In this document: positions 1-13,896 of the stretch, piece after piece
How the letters are laid out: every line of letters begins with the position of its first letter
Position numbering within the stretch: position 1 is the first letter of the stretch
Origin: Camelus dromedarius
Lineage: Eukaryota
DNA length: 64,000 nt
Assembly: GCF_036321535.1 (NCBI RefSeq)
Contig: NC_087436.1
Location: 11,036,001-11,100,000 of the forward strand
Direction of reading: 5' to 3'
Made by a program: the position numbers and the translations under genes
Notes under the pieces: generated by a model
What the model was told of the DNA's origin: nothing
The model's input: only the letters and a program-made list of their open reading frames with translations
Databases searched by the model: none

Positions 1-455
1 AGAAAAAAGAATGAGTTGTGGAAGTTGAGAGAGGGAAACAGAAAAAAAAATGAAGAAACAGTGGCTGAACTCTTCCCAAATTTGATGAAAATTGTAAGCC
101 TTCAGATCCAAGAAGCTAAACAAACCCCAAGCACAAGGCATACAAAAAATGTTACATCAAGACATGTCATAAACAATCCTCTTAAAACCAGAGATGAAGA
201 AAAATAACCCTAAAATTACCCTCTCTGCCCTGCAAAAGCCACATGACATTGAGAGGAATCAAGATAAGCATGGCAGCTGATTTTTTGTCAGAAACAGTGA
301 CAGTCAAAACAGAATGTAGTGCCATCTTTAAAGCATGGAAAGAAAAAAAAATCAACCTAGAATTCCATGCACAAGTAATATGCCATTGAAGAGAACAAGA
401 AATAAAAACTTCACATGTATAAAAGCTGAGAGAATTCATCACCAGTGGATTAATA
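1..455 (+). mobile_element. Old L1 ORF1 fragment (degenerate)
   Basis: Translation EETVAELFPNLMKIVSLQIQEAKQTPS..TSRHVI resembles the L1 ORF1 RRM region; compare EEIMTENFPNLKKESDIQVQEAQRVP in the L1 at about 51990-52065. Confidence 0.8.
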
Positions 456-462
456 CTATATC

Positions 463-650
463 TAAGACAAGGAGAGAATAAAGACATTTTTAGACATACA
501 AGGTTAGATAATTTATACTTCATCTTTACCTCTTCCAAGATGACACTGGAGGCTATATTTTCCCCAAAAGAGGGATTAAACCAAGAAAGAGAAATACAGG
601 TGGTCCAGATGCAGGAGAGTCAATCCAGGAAAAGAAATAAGGGCAAGTGG
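463..650 (+). mobile_element. Ancient HAL1/L1-like ORF1 C-terminal and downstream fragment
   Basis: 'aataaagacatttttagacat...aaaccaagaaagag' resembles the eutherian HAL1 consensus as I recall it. Confidence 0.45.
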
Positions 651-857
651 AAAGAACAACTATATCTGAATAAATGGATAATCTAAAAGAAATGGATAAA
701 TATACAACCTACCTACTACATCATGAAGTAATAGAAAATTTGAACAGACCAATAATTAGTAAGAAAATTAAATCAGTAATCAAACCAAACATTTAAAGAA
801 GAATTAATGCCAACTGTCTTCATATAGATGCAAAAATCCTCAACAAAATACTAATAA
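651..857 (+). mobile_element. Internally deleted L1 ORF2 fragments
   Basis: Collinear ORF2 pieces (gaaatggataaa..., accaaacatttaaagaagaattaat, atagatgcaaaaatcctcaacaaaata) with large gaps between them. Confidence 0.75.
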
Positions 858-2968
858 TGTTAGGTCACAAAACAAGTCTCAACAAATTTAAGCAGACTGA
901 AATTATATCAAGCATATTTTCTGACCATAACTGTATAAAACTAGAAATCAACAAGAAAAAAATGAAAAAAAAAATGAACATGTAGAGAATAACCTATAGG
1001 CTACTGAACAACCAATGGGTCAACAAAGAAATCAAAGAGGAAATAAAAAAAATACTCTGAGACAAATGACAATGGAAATACAATGATCCAAAATCTATGG
1101 GACAGACTAAGGACAGTTCTAAGAGGGAAGTTTAGAGCAATACAAGCCTACTTCAAGAAACAAGAAAAATTTCTAATAAACAACCTAATCTTATACCTAA
1201 AGGAATTATAAAATGGAGAACAAACAAGATCTAACTTATAGTAGAAGGAAAGAAATCATTAAGATCAGGGAAGAAATAGATGAAATTGAGGCTTAAAAAA
1301 ATAGAAAATATCAATGAAACTAAGAGCTGATTCTTTAAAGGATTAAAAAAATAGGTAAACCTTTTGTCAGACTCCTCAAGATAAAAAGAAAAAGGATGAA
1401 AATAAATACAATCAGAAATGAAAGAGAAGTTACAACTGACACCACAGAAATGCAAGAGACCATAAGAGGCTACTACAAACAATTATATGCCAACAAATTG
1501 AACAGTCTAGAAGAAATGGATACATTCCTAGAATGTTTCAAAACTGAATCAGAAACAGAAAATCTGAACAGACTGATCACTAGTAATGAAATTGAATCAG
1601 AAATAAAAAAAAACTCCCAATAAACAAAAGTCCAAGAGCAGCCACATTCACAGGTAAATAATAACATTTAAAGAAGAATTAATATCTATCCTTCTCAAAC
1701 TATACCAAAAATTGAAGAGGAAGAAAGTCTTCCAAACTCAGCATTACCCTGATACCAAAACCAGATAAAGACACTACAAAAACAGAAAATTACAAGCCAA
1801 TATCCCTGATGAACACAGATGCAAAAGACTTCAACAAAATATTAGTAAACTTAATTCAACAATACATTTAAAAGATTATACAGATTGACCAAGTCATCCC
1901 AGGAATGCAAGGATGTTTCAATATTTGCAAATGAATCAATGTGATACACAATATGAACAACACAAGGATAAAAGTCATATGATCATCTCAACAGATGTGG
2001 AGAAGACATTTAACAAAACTTAACAGTTTTTCAGGATAAAAAAAATCTCAACAAACTGGATATAGAAGGAACATACCTCAACATAATATTTGACAAGCCC
2101 CAAACTAGCATGATACTCAACAGTGAAAAGTTGAATGTTTTTCCTCTAAGATCAGGAACAAGAAAGCCCACATTTATCACTTCTATTCAAGGGAGCACAG
2201 GAATTCCTAGCCAGAGCAATATGTCAAGGAAAAAAAAAAAAAAAAAAAAAAAAGGAATGGCATCCAAATCAGAAAAGAAGTAGTAAAATCATCTCTGTTT
2301 GCAGGTGACATAATCTTATGTATAGAAAATCAAAAAAACTCTACCAAAACAGTGTAAGAACTAATAAATGAATTTAGTAAAGTTACAGGAAGAAAAATCA
2401 AAATACAAAGATGAGTTGTATTTCTAAAGACTAAAAATGAACATTCCAAAAGAGAAATTAAGAAAACAACTCAATCGATTATTAGACCAAATCAAATCAA
2501 ATCAAATACAGTACTTAGGAACAGATTTTACCAAAGAGATGAAAGATCTGTACACTGAAAAATATAAAACATTCATGAAAGTAACTGAATTAGACACAAA
2601 TATATACAAACATACCCAGTGTTAATAGATTGGAAGACTTAATATTGTCAAAATGTCCATACTAAGCCCCAAGCAATCTGCAGATTCAATGCAATCACAT
2701 TAAAATTCCAATACCTAACAAAATTTTACTGGATTAAAAAAAAATCCTGAAATTCATATGGAACCACAGAAGGCTATGAATAGTCAAAGCAATTCAGAAC
2801 AAAAAGAACAAAGCTGGAAGCATCACATTATCTGTTTTCAAACTATACTACAAAGCTTTAGTAACTTAACAGCAAGGTGCCAGCATAAAAATAGAGAATA
2901 TAGATCAATGGAATACAATTGAAGGCCCAGAAATGAATGCATACCTTTATGATCAATTGATATTCAAG
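858..2968 (+). mobile_element. L1 ORF2 fragment (end of endonuclease through RT), degenerate
   Basis: ORF 1396-1623 reads [30 protein letters not shown]; degenerate RT motif 'tttgcaggtgac' near 2298; A24 run at 2230-2253. Confidence 0.95.
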
Positions 2969-3231
2969 GAACATATATAACAATTTTATTTAAATTGTCA
3001 AGCGTATTGGTCCTTTTATTATCATCATACCCTGCCACTCCATTCTTAATCTTAACACCTCCCAGCCTTGATCAGTCTACTTGTTGTGTAAGTTACAAAA
3101 ACACAAATAGAGTGTAGCTAGAAACAATACTCTCATAGATCTGTTCCCTAAACAAGCACTAAAAATCAAACAAAATAATCATAAAATCAGCATGTAGAAT
3201 ATCTCAACCTTTTCCTACATTTGATTTTAGG

Positions 3232-3295
3232 GTTTTTTTGTTTGTTTGTTTGTGTGTTTGTTTTTGGTTTTTTGTTCTTTGTCTTTTTGTTTTTC
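3232..3295. repeat. T-rich (TTTG)n-like low-complexity tract
   Basis: Seen directly in the sequence. Confidence 0.8.
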
Positions 3296-3893
3296 AGGAT
3301 GACTGGTTTTCTTCAACCAGCTTTGTTGGCCAATGTTTATTTACCCAGTAGTAGTATAAATTCTTAAGAGTAAATTCAGATGACACAGTATATCTAAAAA
3401 ATAGGAGTTACTATTTTTTGTTCAAGATCTAAGAGGTCAATTCTAATGGTAAGTTATCCTTTTATTGACCAAGATTCAAATGAGAGTATCGATTACTAGG
3501 GAAGTTCTCACAACCCTAGCCAATTCTTAAACTAATGGGCTGGATAATTCATTCTATTTAGTTGACTTCCAAACTGTAATGATCTAAATTGATCACTTCT
3601 AGCTTTTGGCATTGATAAATAAGTTACACTTATTTTATAATTTCTGCAAGAGATACTCCTTAGACTCCCTTATAATTTATTAAATGAAGAGAATAATAGA
3701 TTTTTTTTTACTTCCCACCAACTAATCTTAATATATCTTCACATATCCTATGATTTGAAACACATTTACAAATAACTGTTTTTGCAAAACTCAGTCTACG
3801 GAATCCTCCTCCCAGGAATTTAGCAAACACAGTTTTAAGGCTTAGGGAATTTAGCAAATTTTACTGGATTTGCTCACTCCAGATACTTTAATC

Positions 3894-4118
3894 TAGACTT
3901 TGGCTAACTATGGCTCTTGGGCCAAATCCAGCCCACTACTTGATTTTGTAAATAGAGTTAAACTGGAGTACAGCCGTGCTCATTGATTTACCTACTGTCT
4001 GTGGCTACTTTTACATTATAAGAGCAGAGCTGAACAGTTGTGACAAAGATCCCAAGGTCTGCAAAGGCTAAAATATTTACTAATCTAGCCCTTTATGAAA
4101 AAAGTTTACCAATCTCTA
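3894..4118 (+). mobile_element. MER58A-like hAT-Charlie MITE
   Basis: 'gggccaaatccagccc...ttttgtaaata...aaaatatttacta.tctagccctttatgaaaaaagttt' follows the MER58A consensus over about 225 bp. Confidence 0.85.
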
Positions 4119-5489
4119 CACATTACAAAAGTAAATGGGCAGAATTGCTATTCACCTGAGTGAAGAGATAGGTACCTAATTTCAAGATCCGGGTGTATTC
4201 TTATTGTATGGAACCATGTGACAACATCAAGGTGACAGAATTGAGAGTAAAATGGTCCACTAAAGGGTATTCAAAAAAAAAAATCTAGATTGAAAAACCT
4301 CAAAAATATTGCATCATAGAAATGATTGGAATGTGACAGGAAAAAAAAAGTTTTAATTGACATTTGAGCAGAGTACTTGGAGCTTTGAAGATTTCCAAAC
4401 CACTGACTTTGGCAAGTCAAATTCCTTGATAATATATGACTTCAGCCATCATGCACCTGACCGCACTCAGAATCATGTTAAACAGTAAGTATGGATTCAT
4501 GGTTACCAGGCATGCAAGCACTAAAAATGGCAAGTTTTAGTCAGACAGCAGCTGAGATTTGCAGCACAACTTGAGGATGCCAAGGCCAAACTCTGGTTCC
4601 CAATAAGTGGTTCCTATAAAACCTGCTCTTCATTGAGAACACGAAGTATAACTTAGACTCTTCTGTGGCATCTAGTGGTTCCACCCAGTATCACTTCCTG
4701 CTAATGATTTCCATGAGCTACATTTACCACAGTCTATCTGACAAGGCAAATTTGAACTCAAGTTCTATCAAATAAAACATTTGTGATCCCAGACAAAATA
4801 CAGGGTAGAACCCTTGCTGTTAGCATTTACCCACTAAGTTTCAAGAGACAATGTGTTATAACATAACTGTTGTACATTTGCAAGTGCTTTTAAGTACATT
4901 TAAAATTCACATCATTATGTGTAAATAAAAAAGAAAACTTGTGAGGTGAAAACAAACATACAACCTACTGACACCAGCACTTAAATTAAAACAATTCACT
5001 GAAAAGGCCAAAATTCTACCCAATGCATTACTTGTTTCATTCTAAATATACTAACCTTAATTATAAATGTTTAAATCACTCTTTAATCTTCTTGTTGTCT
5101 CTGTATTGAGCATTTAGAAGAAAGACTATAAATTAGTGACCAGTTACATCCAAGTGGAGACAGAGCTACATCCAAGATGGCCCTAGTCCATCTCATCACT
5201 TCCCTAATAAGATGTTCTAAACCACTTCTGTGTTTTTTTTTTTAAACGGAGATACTGACAGCTTGTGTATTGTTGTTTGACACTTAAAATGGAAGCAATG
5301 AAAATTTATAAAGAATAAAAAATGTTTTCATGTATCTGAAAGCAGCAGGTGCTCACTTAAGCTTCCAAAATCATTTGGAAAACAAGTCTCATGGAAGTCC
5401 ACAAAGAATTCTGAAAACCACACTGTAATATTTTTATATTTACTCCACACAATCAAAAGAAATTCTGATGCCTCAGTACTGCTGTGAAT

Positions 5490-5640
5490 GCCTTGGGCTA
5501 AGAACCAGGAAATCTTCACTTTGGTCTCAGCTCCCATACTATCTGTCTTTGTGACTTTAGGCATATCACTTGAACCTCTCTGGCTCTCAGATCTATCATT
5601 TGTTGATTGCTCAGGTCCCTCCCAACTATAAAATATTGTA
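5490..5640 (+). mobile_element. MIR fragment
   Basis: Core 'tgtgactttaggcatatcacttgaacctctctggctctcag'. Confidence 0.6.
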
Positions 5641-8600
5641 TCTGCATTTGTATTTATGCACGGTAAGTGTGGGATTTGAAAACTACAACTCTGGTGTCAT
5701 CGCTGCCCATTTTCCACAGAGCAAAACAAGGTGGAGTCAATGAATCTGTAATTACACCACTCCACTGCTTAGTGTCAAGTCACAGAAAATTATCCAGCTG
5801 ATAAGAAAGATTAGGAGATCCTCTAATCACATATTTGAAACCTCCACCATTTCAACTGTCAATTTCTATTGAAAATATTTTCAGGACAACTTCACAGGCA
5901 GCAGAGTACATGGAGAAGGTTGGGAAAGGACATGACATTTAGAATTGACTGGCTAAGAACCTTGATTGCTGAATCTTATTTCCAAGTCCTATAATCAGTG
6001 ACCATGCAGACCAAATCCGTGGCTGGATATCTGATCCAAGGTAATTAAATGACTTCAATTTCCAACAGTTTTTTAAAAGAAGAAAAACATTTGTGTGCAG
6101 TCTGGAATAAGGCTTAATTTGATGTTGAAAGATATGTTTTTCTCAAACTCAGCAATTTTTTCTTGAGTTGTTTTCTAGAAATATATTTAATCTTTAATTC
6201 TCTTTTCCTGTTTATGAAATGACCTCCCCCCTGGGTGTTAGGTAGGCTGTGAATCAATCTGAAATAGCAAATAGATGGGCTATCTATAAATACATTTGGT
6301 TGGTGAATTTGCCACTGTCAACCACTCTACTCTGTTTTATTGAGGCAGAACAGGCTAAGTGTTTGCAGTTATTCTTACTTTTCTTGCTTAATTCATTTAC
6401 CTTCTTGATGCTTTTTATCTCCCAGCAACTTGAAATCTGAGACATAGAATATAGTTAGCTTTTCTTTTTTTTTTTTTTTTTTTTTTTTGAGTAGCCTGTG
6501 AAGTTCACTTTTGAAGAAGAGCTTAGAAACAGCTGTCTTACTGGTAGGCAGCCCTGTCAACTGACTGGATTCCATTTTTTTTTTCTTCTACTACCTAATA
6601 CCAACAGTATATCTAGTGCTACTAGCAATATATTGTGCTGCCCTATATATTACAGTATAGAACATATATTTTATATATTATAAGTATATATTTATATTTT
6701 ATTTTATTTATGAGTATGTATTATACATATTATATATTATAATTGTTTAGCATTGTCACTCCTAGCCTCTAACCAAAATGTTTGATTCTTCAATTATTAG
6801 TATAATAATATTGAAAATTAGGGAATACCATGGCGTATTTGCTTTTTGAAAACTTTCTCCTTATAGTCTCTAGAAAAAATATTCCGTATAATTTCCAGTA
6901 ATTCACACATCTGGCCTCATGTAATGTTTCCTCTGTGGGCAGATGCAGAGTTCAAAATGGTTGCTTGTCCCCTCTCAAAAGTTATAAACTTAAACCCTAT
7001 TGATAACTAGAAAACTAGTTCATGTAGTTCTTTCTTAGTATGATACAAACGACTACAGCAAACCACTGATTTAAAAGTTACAGTTAACTCTGATGTTGAA
7101 CTAAAGAATGAATTTTTGATTCCACACTTATTCCTATTGTTTTTTGATTCTTAGTGTAAACTATGGTTGCAATGATTTGAGAAGTTTTCCAAGAGAGAAC
7201 TTAACAGCTTGAATTAATGAATAAAATAATGTCCAGGCCTGGACTCACAGAGCAAAGATATATATGAAAAGGACGTCTGAGACAAACAGAAGGAATAAAA
7301 CAATGGTTCCGCTATCAGTTAACTGTGTACATTTCAGTTGCAGCTAACCCTTCTCCATGCTCTGCTTGCCTGGCAGATGCATTTTTGGATGGTTTGTCTC
7401 CTGAGTCCACACCCCCCTCCCCAGCCCCTTGAGGATGTGGTCCTTTTGAAAGACTAGGTGAGGGCAACCTTCAATAGCACACAGCACCTCACTCATCTAG
7501 GGACAGAAGACATAAAATCCACTTGGGGATATTTTTCCCATAATAATCAACAGCAGAAGAACCACTCGTGTAAATACACACAAGGCCAATCCAAATATCT
7601 CCATTTCTCAGATCTCTTTTCTCTTCATTTTTGACTTTAAGGGAGGCTAAGCTGGCGCATGTTGCCAGATACACACCATTGTTATGGGACAGTATTTCCG
7701 TAGGTCAGAATGCGCTAGTTACTAGCTCCTCCTTGCCCCATCCTGCCTCTCCTCCACACTTTACAAGTAAATTATCCCCAGGAAACCACTAACTAGTAGC
7801 TCTGTTGGGTCGAGACTGGTGGACGCGGCCCCCACCTGCCCCAAAGGCAATGCCTTGGATCTAAGGTCTGTGAGGGCAGGGCTTAGCTCAAATTCCTGAC
7901 ACCAGAAAATAAAACAAGAATGTAATAGTTTACTAGTAATACGAGGAGTGTGATGATGTACTGTGAGTGATTACTTAAACAATGATCAGAGACTCTTTTT
8001 GACTTAGTGCCCAGGCTTAGAATGGACGTGGTAGATGGATTGACGGGGTGGTGTGCAGAGCCCCTGAGCTTTTTCGCCAGGCCACTCTGGAATGGGTTTT
8101 TGCTGGTTTTCCCAGGATCCCTTCAGCTTCCCTTGTTTTGCCCAGACCCGAAGATTCTGCGGACTTCAAAGGAAGTTTCACATGCAAACAAACAAAAATA
8201 GTATGAGAAAAAAGGGGTGAACTTTGAATTGAACCCCTGAGAATAAAGTATTTTCTGTAAGACCCAAGATAATGGATCTTTTTTAATTGACTGGAATAAT
8301 TTTTTCTTTGTTTATTCCCACCAACATAAAACACAATCTCTGTTCCTGCAGTGAAGACTCTTAAATGTGTCTCTTTTCTAAATAAGCACAGGGAAAGGTT
8401 GTGGTTTCCTTAGCAACAGATGGCTTCTATTTTTCTTTTAGGGGAAAAAATGTACTTTAGCTTTGTAAAGAACCTTTCATCATGGGTATCAAAGCATTCT
8501 GTGACCAAATTGTCACCCTGCCCCAGCAAAGAAGATAAATAATATTCTCCCCACTTAACTGGGGGAGGAAAACGGCAGTGGGACCAGCAGCTGCAGCCAG

Positions 8601-8675
8601 AACTTCATCCCTTGGGTTCTGGGCCGTGCTTTGCTAACCTTCACTGGCAGCTCTGGGAGAACTGTGGCAAGGGAG

Positions 8676-9176
8676 TCTGGCAGAAACCCCTCAAGTGACC
8701 CCCCCAGTAATCCACTCCTGGTAGGAGCCCCTCCCCTTGAATGTGGGCGGGACTTGTGACTTGCTTCTAACCAACAGAACGTGGCAAAGGTGTTGGGCTG
8801 TCACGCCTTTGATTAGGTTACGTTTATAAGGCTCCATTAGAGCTCACTGGAGGCAGAGAGCCCTCCTGCTGCCCTTGGGACAGAAAAGGGGAGGCCTTTA
8901 GGATGTGAAGGTGAGCCCCAGACAACAGCGGTAAGAAGCCAGGGCTCTCAGCCATGCAGCTGCAAGGAAATGAGTTTTGCTAACCGTTGAAAGAGAATAC
9001 AAAGCTCCAGAAAGAAAGGAGACCCAGCTAACACTTTGACAGCAGGCTTTAAGTCCTTGAGCCAAGGAGCCAGCTAATCATGGCCAGACCCATGACCCAT
9101 GGAAACTGTAGGATAACAGACATGTGTTGCTTTCAATCACTAAGAGCTTCTTATGCAGCAATAGATACCTAATACA
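8676..9176 (+). mobile_element. ERVL-MaLR solo LTR (MLT1E/F-like)
   Basis: 'ccctccccttgaatgtgggcgggacttgtgacttgcttctaaccaacagaa' and 3' terminus 'gcagcaatagatacctaataca'. Confidence 0.85.
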
Positions 9177-9244
9177 ATGGGCTCTGCAAATGGATAGTTG
9201 CTGGGCTCAGGTGAGTAGCTGGAGGACAACAAAAAGGGAGATAA

Positions 9245-9455
9245 TAGCACATGGGCTTGGAACTCAGACACAGGCGGGTTTATTTCCAGGTTTGTCACTT
9301 AATGTCTGACCTCAACCTCTCTAAACCACGACTTCATTCATCCCACAGTGGAAGGATGGAGATAATACCTACCCTGCACACAGCAATGAGGATTAAAAAT
9401 GATGACTCTGAAAGCCTCTGGCACAGTTTATGGCACTTAGTGGGTGTGCAATAAA
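9245..9455 (+). mobile_element. MIR
   Basis: 'gataatacctaccc...gaggattaaa...ggcacagt...ggcacttagt..caataaa'. Confidence 0.7.
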
Positions 9456-9608
9456 GAATATGAGAAGGAATATATATGTGTGTATATATATGTGTGTATA
9501 TATATGTGTGTGTGTATATATATATATATATGTATAACTGAATCACTATGCTGTACACCAAAAATTAATACAACATTCAATACTGAATATACTTCAATTA
9601 AAAAAAAA
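9456..9608 (+). mobile_element. 5'-truncated L1 3' tail with (TA/TG)n expansion and poly(A)
   Basis: 'ataactgaatcactatgctgtacacc...atacttcaattaaaaaaaaa' matches the L1 3' ends at about 41390-41463 and 56885-56965. Confidence 0.85.
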
Positions 9609-10979
9609 GATAATTAGCAGTAGATGTAGTCATAATAGAAAAAGAGTGTGGACCCTGTTCCCAGAACTCTAGTAATTGCAACATGGATGGGGAGTTTTGT
9701 AAGCTGGCATTCCCCTAGGGAGAAACCCTGGTTGACAAGATGAGGTCAATGGAAAGTTTCAAGAAATCAGCTCACCTTTCTCTCAACTGGGATCTCACAG
9801 TACTCGGAGCAAAGGTGGTAGAATTTAAGGGTTTAACCCACTTTCCATTTGGTGGCTTACTTTGTGTTCTGTTTGTTTATTCTATCATAAGGAATCCATT
9901 GAGGGCATTTTCTAAGACATTATGAGGCAGTGCAATGCCTGAGGAGTGAGCCAGGGCTGGTGCACTTATCCTGGAAGACAGCCAAGTGGATTATCCATCT
10001 GCAGGAACTCCTGTGAGGAGGCAGGGAAGAGGGGTAAGTAAAGGAGGAGCAGGGAATCAACCAAGTGAATCCAGATAACAAGGTCAAATGAGAAGATCCA
10101 GGGATGAACCAGAGACAGGGTGTAAAACCATTCCATCAGGGCAGAGTCATAAAGATGCAGAATGAGAACAAGGAAGGTATCCATCTTATGATAGGGTGTG
10201 CCTTGCATAGGTGAATCTAGCTGCCTTAAGTGTGAGATGTGAGCAAAGAGAGACATGGCTCTGGGCTGGAATAGCTGAAGGGATATGGGCCATCTAATAC
10301 GAGGATCATCTAAATTTGAACAGTGCTGTGGTCAACCAGAAGTCTGCTGCCACTGAGGATAAACTCTTTGACTTTCTCTGTTGTTGACATAGGTTTCCAG
10401 ACAGGATGCCTAGAAAAAACAAGCCCACAGTTCTGACTAGGTTCTGGAAGTGGTCTGACCTCAGATACACAGAAAATTGTAGAGACTTTCGCATTTTTCT
10501 GGACCAGAATTTGCTCCTCAAGTGGCCAAGTGCAAAATCCCGACAGTAGGTATCACCACCCAGCAAGTCACTGATGCACTGTTTTTGCAAGACTCATTTG
10601 TAGTTGTGAGCATTGCACATGGTTAAATGTGTGAATTGCACAATTTGTGTATGTTTTTGCTTTCGTGAATCCACAGAGGCAGGCAGTTTCGAATGAATGG
10701 AAAACAAATAGAAGCGTGCAAGAAATGCCCTTTCCTGCTATGAATGCTTGATTAAGACATGCAGGCTAACTAGGCAGTCAGGAGGTGAGGTGCCCTGCTT
10801 GGTGTGATTTGAAAGAAAAACAATACAGAACTCTAAAACAGAAGACAACATTCTGATTTTCTACATGGTGCGTGCTGCAATGTTATTTTCTAAAATTTGA
10901 AATATCAAATTCTTTCTCCAAAAAAAAGGTTTCTCGTCTCTTTCAGGTGCCATGCTTTGCAGGTTCCCTAATCATATGC

Positions 10980-11420
10980 TCAGTCATGTCCCCTAAAAGC
11001 AGAGCCTAAGGGTGTGATCTTGTGCACGTGATGCTGAGGCAGTGCTCTCAGGACAACTCCCTGAGGAGGAGGTGAAGGAAACAGCAGAGGGTTAGGTAGA
11101 CACTCAGCCAAGATGTAGGTTCAGCTGAAAGTAGCTTCAGGCTGAGCCAATGAGGAGTTTGGGAGCCTGAATGGTGACCCACAGTAGTTCCAGTTTTACA
11201 TAAGTGGCTGGGATTTTGTATTGGGTATCAGCCAACCATTGGCCATGGCTGTGGGCTGTCCAGAGCCCACAGAGGAGGGAATAACTGCCCAGAAATTTTC
11301 AGGCTAGGAGCCTTCAATTGCTGGATGGGAATTCTCTTGAGAAGAGTACAGCTGTGGAGCTTAGCAGCTAACACTATAAGCAACTGGGGGGGGGGGGTGA
11401 CTACACCAGCACAGCACGGG
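10980..11420 (-). mobile_element. ERVL solo LTR (LTR16/LTR33 group)
   Basis: 'aagcagagcct...gtgctctcagga', 'cattggc', 'acagctgtggagcttagcagctaacact'. Confidence 0.65.
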
Positions 11421-13034
11421 GATCGAAGTGGGAAATTGGGCGCCTCCTTTACATTCAGTATTCAGTACGCTTATCAGGACTCCAGGACGATCTATTTCAT
11501 AGTGAGACCTTCTTTAAAGACCTTCAGACAAATAGAGTCTGTCATTGCCTACATAATATGGTTGAAAGGACACGTATCCATCCCAGGAGCCTGAATACTC
11601 AAGTCCTAATTCTTTGGGTTGAATATTGCTGTCTTAGTACCGCCTTCATATATGATGGAAATGAAGAGGTAATGTGAGGTCCTTAACTCCTAAATGAACA
11701 TTAGCTTCTCAGAGATAGAAGAATCCTGAGGCAGAGGAAGAGAAGGGGCTGGGGAATGGAAAAGGGAGGAGCCAGCTTCAAGAGCTGGAGGGGTGGGCAC
11801 CCAAGAGGAGGGCCAAGGGCACCCCAAGCACCTCGGCCTCATTTTCTCAATTTGCCAAATTGAGCAGCTACCCAGCTGCCCTACCTTCCACTCCATCGGG
11901 CTGCGTTACACCAGCCCCGCCTTAGGACCATTACCGCTGCAGTGTGAGCAGAGCCCTTTATGAGATTAGCTGTTAATAAAGCTGAAAGTCAAAGAACAGA
12001 GGACAGAAGAGAAGCCACAGAGCAATGATTTCTCATACCAGAAGCAGCAAAGCTGTCTGCCCGTGGAATGAACTCCCGTGTGCCGCGAGGGGGAAATAAG
12101 CAGTTCAAAGACTGAGGGGAAAAAACTCATAAAAGCCAAGGGTGTTCAAAATAAAAGATAGTCATTTCAAATCATCTTGCACTACATGGGAAGTTAGAAA
12201 AGTGGTTTGAGAAAAGCCATAATTTATTAAGGGATCTGAGTAGAGAGTTCCTCACACACGGTGATTTAAAAAAAAAAAAAAAAAAAACTAGAAAAGCTTT
12301 AACAGAAGTCACAAGCAAAGAAGAAAGGGAGACCATCATCACTGTCAGAGCAGGAAACTGCTGATCTCTGAACTGTGGGCTTGCGTTGTTGGATCTGCAA
12401 GCCAGGCAGTAAAAACCCTACAATGCAATAGGAGCAGAAAAGGAAGGCGAGTCCCTAACCTTGCACACTCATGAATCATTGCTTTCGTGGGAGGCCAGAT
12501 CCTCCTGCGAGCCGCATATCTTTCATAACTTCTCTGCTTGTAATGAACTTCTGTATTTGGACTAAGTGTGAATAATGTAATTGCACTTCTGCCTAAGATT
12601 TTATGAGATGGACCTTTATTTTATACAGATTTCCCACCAGTAGCAAAAGAAGGAAAAAAAGCAAACTCTAACTTTAAAAGGAAGTAAGCCACTTGTCCTG
12701 ATCAGATTTGAGGACTGGAGACTTTTCTACCACTGGAAAGGAAAGGGTTGTATCTCTAAAAGTGCCAAGAAAAAAAGCATAAAAGACATTTCCCCCCAGT
12801 ATATTTGCCTTGGGATAGATACACAAATGTATTTCTCTTTGCAAAGGTTCAATGTGAATAAGAACATCCGACAGTTTACTAGGAAGTTCTTATCTACGTC
12901 ATGTTTGCTGTTTTCCATGATCACTTAAAATGTCTCTTATCATTCAAACAATAGAAGCATTTCTCATACAAGCTATAAAACAGTAGTCATTTTTAATACC
13001 ATTCTAGCAAAGTAACTGCATATTAATAACAACA

Positions 13035-13490
13035 ACAATAAGAGTTAACATTTGAAGAATGTTATGTGTCAGACAATGTCCTAAGTGCTTTACCTGTTTT
13101 AAATCATTTAATACTCAGAATATTCTTTTGAGATGGTGTGATGGTTAATTTTATGTGCTGTGGTGCTCAGATATTTGGTCAAACATTATTCTGTATGTTT
13201 CTGTGAAGTTTTTTTTTTTTTTTTATGAGAGTAACATTTAAATCAGTGAACTTTGAGGAAAGCAGATTGTTTTCCACATGGTGGGTGGGCCTCATTCAAT
13301 CAGTTGAAGGCCTTAATAGAACAAAGATTGGCCTCTCTTTGACAGACGGAGTCTGGCAGCTGACTGCCTTTGGACTAAAACTACAACTCTTCCAGCAACA
13401 TACTCTGTTGGCTTTAACTTACTGGAGGACACTGACTAATACAGATGGGTACTATAATTATTTATTCTTAGATAAAAAAATTGAACATTT
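13035..13490 (-). mobile_element. MIR, split by an MLT2 insertion
   Basis: MIR-like 'ttaacatttg...tgtgtcagaca..ctaagtgctttac...tcatttaat' on the left resumes after 13443. Confidence 0.6.
13137..13443 (+). mobile_element. ERVL solo LTR (MLT2-like, internally deleted) with 5-bp TSD GATGG
   Basis: Starts tgtgatggttaattttatgtg and ends ctgactaataca; GATGG at 13132-13136 and 13444-13448. Confidence 0.9.
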
Positions 13491-13896
13491 TTAGCCAAAT
13501 CTGTCTTGAATCAACTTGCAACATCTGATTCAGTTTTCACAATTTCTTAAGCTCATCTTTTACTCTACTATTCAAAGCAACTGAACCCAAGGCACTTAAA
13601 AAAGAAGACACACCATATGGTTGAGAACACCCGTAGAACATATATTTAGTCCATAGACATGAAATTTACAGAGCAATTGTAAACTAAAGCATTTATCGAT
13701 TTGATTCTGTGTCATCATGAAAACCTAGATGCTGCAATTTTTTGTACTTCTTTCACCAAAGTTGTATTCCCTAAAATGGTCCCCTCTCAAGTCTGCCAAA
13801 ATTAAAATAAACCATTAAATATTTCAATTATACAATTCAAAATTATATACTTTTGTAGAAAACGGTTTTGTTTTTTTCTTGACCAAAGCTTCCATT

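Noticed and set aside
3815..3858. 13-bp direct repeat ggaatttagcaaa
   Set aside because: Only two short copies, most likely a local slippage duplication; it is not an array or CRISPR-like structure.
5357..5410. Possible minus-strand exon (ttttcag ... gtgagc)
   Set aside because: No recognisable protein in any frame and no partner coding exons; splice-like motifs are common by chance. A non-coding exon cannot be excluded.
5885..6040. Possible plus-strand exon (ttttcag ... AAG/gtaatt)
   Set aside because: Stop codons occur in all three frames and there is no other support.
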